A stretch of DNA of 19,443 nucleotides. Origin: Candidatus Micrarchaeota archaeon. GTDB taxonomy: Archaea; Micrarchaeota; Micrarchaeia; Anstonellales; Bilamarchaeaceae. The notes under the pieces were generated by a model. The model ran no database searches and was not told where the DNA came from. It worked only from the letters and a program-made list of their open reading frames with translations. Of the stretch, positions 16,090-19,443 are shown one piece after another. The position numbers and the translations under genes were made by a program. Location of the stretch: assembly GCA_037440825.1 (NCBI GenBank), contig JBBITJ010000004.1, forward strand, positions 8,640 to 28,082, read 5' to 3'. The number at the start of each line of letters is the position of its first letter. Position 1 is the stretch's first letter.

Positions 16090-16297
16090 AGTTTCACCTT
16101 CCGAGGCACGGAACATAATTTCCGCGCTGGAGAAGGAGGGTGCGTCCAACGCCCGCTTTTCTAGCGAAATCTCTGCCAAGGGAGACAAGCTGGTAATAAA
16201 AATAGAGGCGGAGGATATAGTTGCGCTCCGCGCGACAGTGAACAGCTATCTGCGCTATTTGCAGACTATTGAAAGCACAGGGAATGAAGATTTGTAG
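16061..16297 (+). CDS. pcc1: KEOPS complex subunit Pcc1
   Basis: L.IKIEAED..ALRA.VNSYLR motif; 78 aa; position before prefoldin beta. Confidence 0.88.
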   Translation: MKNRVEMALEVSPSEARNIISALEKEGASNARFSSEISAKGDKLVIKIEAEDIVALRATVNSYLRYLQTIESTGNEDL

Positions 16298-16306
16298 GTG
16301 AATTAT

Positions 16307-16657
16307 ATGGCCGACCAATTGAGTCCTGAAATGGAAAGAGACCTTGTAGAGTACCAGAATGCGGAGAGGCAGCTCCAGTCCGTGCTTCTCCAGAAGCATC
16401 AGCTCCAGCTCCAGCTCAACGAGATAACCCTTGCATTGGAGGAGCTCGAGAAGGCGAAAGCCGATGTTTTCAAGGCAGCAGGCTCCATAATGGTGAAGAC
16501 CACCAAGGAGGAGGCGCAGCGCGACCTCAAGGAGAAGAAGGAGCTCTTCGACATAAGGGTGAAGGCGCTCTCCCAGCAGGAGGAGAAGATGAAGACCTCG
16601 CTCATGAAGATACAGAAGAAGATCGAGGAAGGCGCGAAGGGCTACGGAGTCAGCTAG
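16307..16657 (+). CDS. pfdB: Prefoldin beta subunit
   Basis: Coiled coils (QLQ…QK.QL..QL.E…ALEEL) flanking the VFKAAGSIMVK hairpin; ATG 16307 after AGGTGA. Confidence 0.93.
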   Translation: MADQLSPEMERDLVEYQNAERQLQSVLLQKHQLQLQLNEITLALEELEKAKADVFKAAGSIMVKTTKEEAQRDLKEKKELFDIRVKALSQQEEKMKTSLMKIQKKIEEGAKGYGVS

Positions 16658-16696
16658 TTCCCTGTTCAGCGTTTTCTGTTTCGAGTTGAGTTTAGT
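16656..16696. repeat. Third copy of the intergenic repeat family
   Basis: GTTCAGCGTTTT at 16664-16675 is identical to 7136-7147; 16656-16675 matches 7128-7147 at 17/20. Confidence 0.6.
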
Positions 16697-17648
16697 GGCC
16701 TCTTCTGATTTTCTTTCTTTTCTTTCCAAACACAAAGACAGCAAGCTAGCTATAGGGATGCACAGGAACGCTGATCTGGACGCGCTCTGCTCTGCCTATG
16801 CGCTTAGCACCATTTTTACCAATTCCACCCTGGTTACTCCGGACGAGATGAACGTCCCTGCGAAGAACCTTGCGAAGGATTTCGGCATTTCAGTGAAGGA
16901 GTTCAAGCAGGTCCGGAAGGAGGAATTCGACGGCATGATCGTAGTGGACAGCGGAAGCTTCGTCATGATAGACGATGCGAGGAAATGGAAAATACTCTGC
17001 CTTATCGACCACCACCAGAAAGCCCCTGAAAACGAGAGGATAGGCGCGGAAGTGGAGATATGGGACGGCAATTCCCCTTCCACCTCCCAGATAATCGCTT
17101 CCATTCTTCCGGAAATAAGCAAAAAGGCGGCGTTCGCCCTATCCATTGGAATAGTTTCCGACACCGCGCGCTTTAAGAGCGGGAACGTGCAGAGCTTCGA
17201 GCAGCTCGCAAAGCTTATGAAAATCTGCGGCAAGAGTTACGCTGAAATCCTCAATTACGCAGAACCGGAGAGGGAAGCTGACGAGAAAGTCGGCATCCTA
17301 TCCGCCCTAGCGAAAGCCAATGTAATCACTTATCGTAATTTCGTAATCGCCACCACTATCGTCCCTAAAAATGAGAGCGACGCCTCCTCCGCTTTGACCG
17401 AATATGCGGACGTTGCATTTTCCGCGAGCTGGAGGAACGACGTGAAAGAAACAAGGGTTTCCTCCCGTGCGAGAAAGAGCGTCACTTTCGCCCTCAACGA
17501 ATTGATGAGGAAGGTGGGCGAGCATTTCTCCGCCACAGGAGGAGGGCACGCCAAAGCCGCAGGGGCTAATGCAAAAGCTAGGCCTGAGGAAGTGCTTGAA
17601 TTCTGCGTTGAAGCTGCCAAGGACGCGATTGATTCTTCGGTATCATAA
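16686..17648 (+). CDS. DHH/DHHA1-family phosphoesterase (NrnA-like); start uncertain (TTG 16686 or GTG 16695)
   Basis: H.NADLDA, VVD, IDHH, STSQI, GIVSDT..F, S.R, GGGHAKAAG. Confidence 0.9.
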   Translation: MSLVASSDFLSFLSKHKDSKLAIGMHRNADLDALCSAYALSTIFTNSTLVTPDEMNVPAKNLAKDFGISVKEFKQVRKEEFDGMIVVDSGSFVMIDDARKWKILCLIDHHQKAPENERIGAEVEIWDGNSPSTSQIIASILPEISKKAAFALSIGIVSDTARFKSGNVQSFEQLAKLMKICGKSYAEILNYAEPEREADEKVGILSALAKANVITYRNFVIATTIVPKNESDASSALTEYADVAFSASWRNDVKETRVSSRARKSVTFALNELMRKVGEHFSATGGGHAKAAGANAKARPEEVLEFCVEAAKDAIDSSVS

Positions 17649-17789
17649 CCTACAATACCCATTTATCTCCAGGCGTCCGAATCCTAGGTTCCGGTCAGCC
17701 CGGCGCAAAACTCGCTCGCTACAGAAATGCCCCAGCACGCTACCAAGGCACCCTTCCTCCTCAAATGCCTGCTCGCCCAGGTTCATCCA

Positions 17790-17809
17790 GGAGAATTTAA
17801 AAATTCTCC
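17790..17809. promoter_or_regulatory. Perfect inverted repeat centred on the probable purA TATA box
   Basis: GGAGAATTT-aa-AAATTCTCC containing TTTAAAAA at 17796-17803, 54 nt upstream of the purA ATG. Confidence 0.6.
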
Positions 17810-17857
17810 AACTGAAAACCAATCCGGGGTTAATTTCATCATTATCCAGGTGCCATC

Positions 17858-18844
17858 ATGAAAACCATAGTCGTAGGAGGGCAATACGGGGACGAGGGGA
17901 AGGGGAAGATCCTGAGCCATCTTGCTTTGGCTGACAATCCGCAGGTGATTGCAAGGGGCGGAGTGGGCCCGAACGCAGGGCACAAGATTCTCTGGAAAGG
18001 TACCACTTACGGGCTGAGGATGATTCCGTGCGGCTTCGTGAATGAGAAAGCCCGCTTGCTGGTCGGAGCCGGCGTTCTGGTTAATCCAGAAGTCTTCCTC
18101 AAGGAAGTAGATTTGACAAAAAGCAAAGACCGTGCAGGAATAGACAGGCGCGCGACTGCCATACTTCCCAAGCATTTGGAAGCGGACAGGAGCGAGAATT
18201 CCAAGAAGATCGGTACCACAGGAACCGGATGCGGCCCAGCTGCGGCTGACCGCGTCACAAGGACTGCGACGCTGGTGAGCGAGATTCCGGAATTGAAACC
18301 TTACCTTACTGATGTGGTGAAGGAAGTGAACGAGGCCAAGGATGTGCTGGTGGAAGGTACGCAGGGCTTCATGCTCTCTCTTCTCTACGGCACTTATCCG
18401 TTCGTGACGAGCAAGGACACGAGCGCATCCACGCAGGCAGCGGACGTGGGCCTCGGCCCAACATCCATTGACGAGGTGGTGATGGTGATCAAATCCTACA
18501 CCACAAGAGTCGGAAACGGTCCTTTCCCGGAAGAGATAACGGTGGATGAAGCCGTGAAATTGGGTTTCCAGGAATACGGAACGGTCACGGGAAGGCCCAG
18601 GAGGACGAGCAAGAACCTGCATTATGATGATTTGAGGCTCGCAGCAACGATAAACGGCGCAACCCAGATCGCCATAACCAAGATAGACGTGAGGTTCCCC
18701 GGAAACGCAGGAGTGAGGAAATACGAGAACCTCACCCAGCAGGCGAAGGACTTCGTAAAAGAAGTGGAAAAGGAGCTCCATGTGCCCGTAACGATGATTG
18801 GAACCGGCCCGGACGCGGAGGATATAGTGGATTTGAGGGACTAA
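17858..18844 (+). CDS. purA: Adenylosuccinate synthetase, short archaeal type (328 aa)
   Basis: GGQYGDEGKGK, GPNAGH, IGTTGTGCGPA, EGTQG, GTYPFVTS, YTTRVG.GPFP, EYGTVTGRPRR, TK.D, GTGP. Confidence 0.96.
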   Translation: MKTIVVGGQYGDEGKGKILSHLALADNPQVIARGGVGPNAGHKILWKGTTYGLRMIPCGFVNEKARLLVGAGVLVNPEVFLKEVDLTKSKDRAGIDRRATAILPKHLEADRSENSKKIGTTGTGCGPAAADRVTRTATLVSEIPELKPYLTDVVKEVNEAKDVLVEGTQGFMLSLLYGTYPFVTSKDTSASTQAADVGLGPTSIDEVVMVIKSYTTRVGNGPFPEEITVDEAVKLGFQEYGTVTGRPRRTSKNLHYDDLRLAATINGATQIAITKIDVRFPGNAGVRKYENLTQQAKDFVKEVEKELHVPVTMIGTGPDAEDIVDLRD

Positions 18845-18973
18845 TCTATCTATTTTGTGAGTTGTATGCGGAGAAGAAAGCGACTGCACAAAGTAAAAAT
18901 GGTTCGCCTTAGTGGCAGTTTTCTGCTTTTGATTTATGCGTTGATTTTACGTTTTTATGCTCAAGTAATTTGA

Positions 18974-19058
18974 CGCAGAGAAGGAGATTTGAACTCCTAA
19001 GCCCAAGAAGGGCACTAGATTTCAAGTCTAGCGCGATACCAGGTTCTGCCATCTCTGC
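18974..19058 (-). tRNA. tRNA-Ser(TGA), intronless, CCA not encoded
   Basis: Reverse complement folds as acceptor GCAGAGA/TCTCTGC, anticodon arm CTAGA-CT-TGA-AA-TCTAG, long variable arm GCCC-TTCTT-GGGC, T arm AGGAG-TTCAAAT-CTCCT, discriminator G followed by TCA. Confidence 0.95.
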
Positions 19059-19121
19059 AAGAAATTAGCAATTTGATTAGACTTAATCACGCTTAAAAAC
19101 ATTATTATTGTATGTGGTTGC

Positions 19122-19443
19122 ATGGGCATCAACAAGATAATAGACTACACTTTCAAGGAATACAGGAGGAACCTCTGGCTGATACTGATTTTTTCAGTGC
19201 TATTCATCATATCTATGCTCTCGCTCTTCCTTGCGCCCAGCCCAACCTATGCGAGCTTAGGCGGCTCATACCTGAGGATAGGAAGCATACCTGAGCTCAC
19301 CGCAGGGGACATAGCGATAATCGTGGGCGCGTACCTGCTCTCGCTCTTCATATTCGCCGACGCGGTGACCAACATAAACCTGATAATAAAGGCGAACAGG
19401 ACGATGAACAAGATGCCCAAGGAGCTCTTCAAGGGCATGTTCA
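19122..19443 (+). CDS. Hypothetical membrane protein, 3'-truncated by the window (not in ORF track)
   Basis: Open frame from ATG 19122: MGINKIIDYTFKEYRRNLWLILIFSVLFIISMLSLFLAPSPTY…IAIIVGAYLLSLFIFADAV…; two hydrophobic segments; no stop before the edge. Confidence 0.8.
   Translation, partial: MGINKIIDYTFKEYRRNLWLILIFSVLFIISMLSLFLAPSPTYASLGGSYLRIGSIPELTAGDIAIIVGAYLLSLFIFADAVTNINLIIKANRTMNKMPKELFKGMF

Noticed and set aside
16908..16925. CAGGTCCGGAAGGAGG resembles the SRP RNA helix-8 motif
   Set aside because: Lies in the DHH coding frame (QVRKE), lacks the following AGCAG and has no flanking helix
17667..17793. 5S rRNA, RNase P RNA or intron-containing tRNA
   Set aside because: Size resembles 5S but the CCGAAC loop is absent; GAGGAAG and ACAGAA lie on opposite strands, so no P4 helix can form; no valid T and anticodon arms
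18845..18973. Integrated element at the tRNA-Ser 3' end
   Set aside because: No duplicated tRNA 3' fragment, integrase or foreign gene block seen; purA lies directly adjacent
18974..19058. tRNA-Sec, suggested by TCA in the plus-strand anticodon loop and the long variable arm
   Set aside because: T-loop and D-loop orientation place the gene on the minus strand, with anticodon TGA and a normal 7/5 acceptor/T-stem, so it is tRNA-Ser
19112..19294. 60-aa ORF from the track
   Set aside because: The overlapping frame from ATG 19122 stays open to the window edge with host-like codons and membrane helices, and is the better gene

Overview
Compact archaeal housekeeping region. The gene set is archaeal, operon genes carry GGTGA/GGAGG ribosome-binding sites, and TTTAAA-type TATA boxes sit in the divergent gaps. 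A DPANN/Micrarchaeota-like origin is my impression only. Order: metallophosphoesterase, non-discriminating aspS, surE; on the minus strand a hypothetical gene and an MTA/SAH-type deaminase, divergent from ahcY; aIF-2beta, aIF-1A; an aspartase/class II fumarase (minus); RIO1; a small ORF and argS (minus); an ICMT-family methyltransferase and a mini winged-helix ORF; a secreted protein (minus); the exosome superoperon core (rrp4, rrp41, rrp42, rpl37ae, rpoP, Brix, pcc1, pfdB) plus a DHH phosphoesterase; purA; tRNA-Ser(TGA); and a truncated membrane protein. I see no CRISPR array, transposase, integrase or recognisable defence system, so I cannot claim a complete new multi-gene system. The best leads are: (1) an RNA polymerase subunit P, missing from the ORF track, that has lost all four zinc-binding cysteines; (2) a ~48-nt in-frame double-hairpin insertion inside argS; (3) a dispersed family of degenerate 7-bp-period repeats at gene junctions, which also resembles the argS insertion site; (4) a possibly structured GC-rich element upstream of purA.
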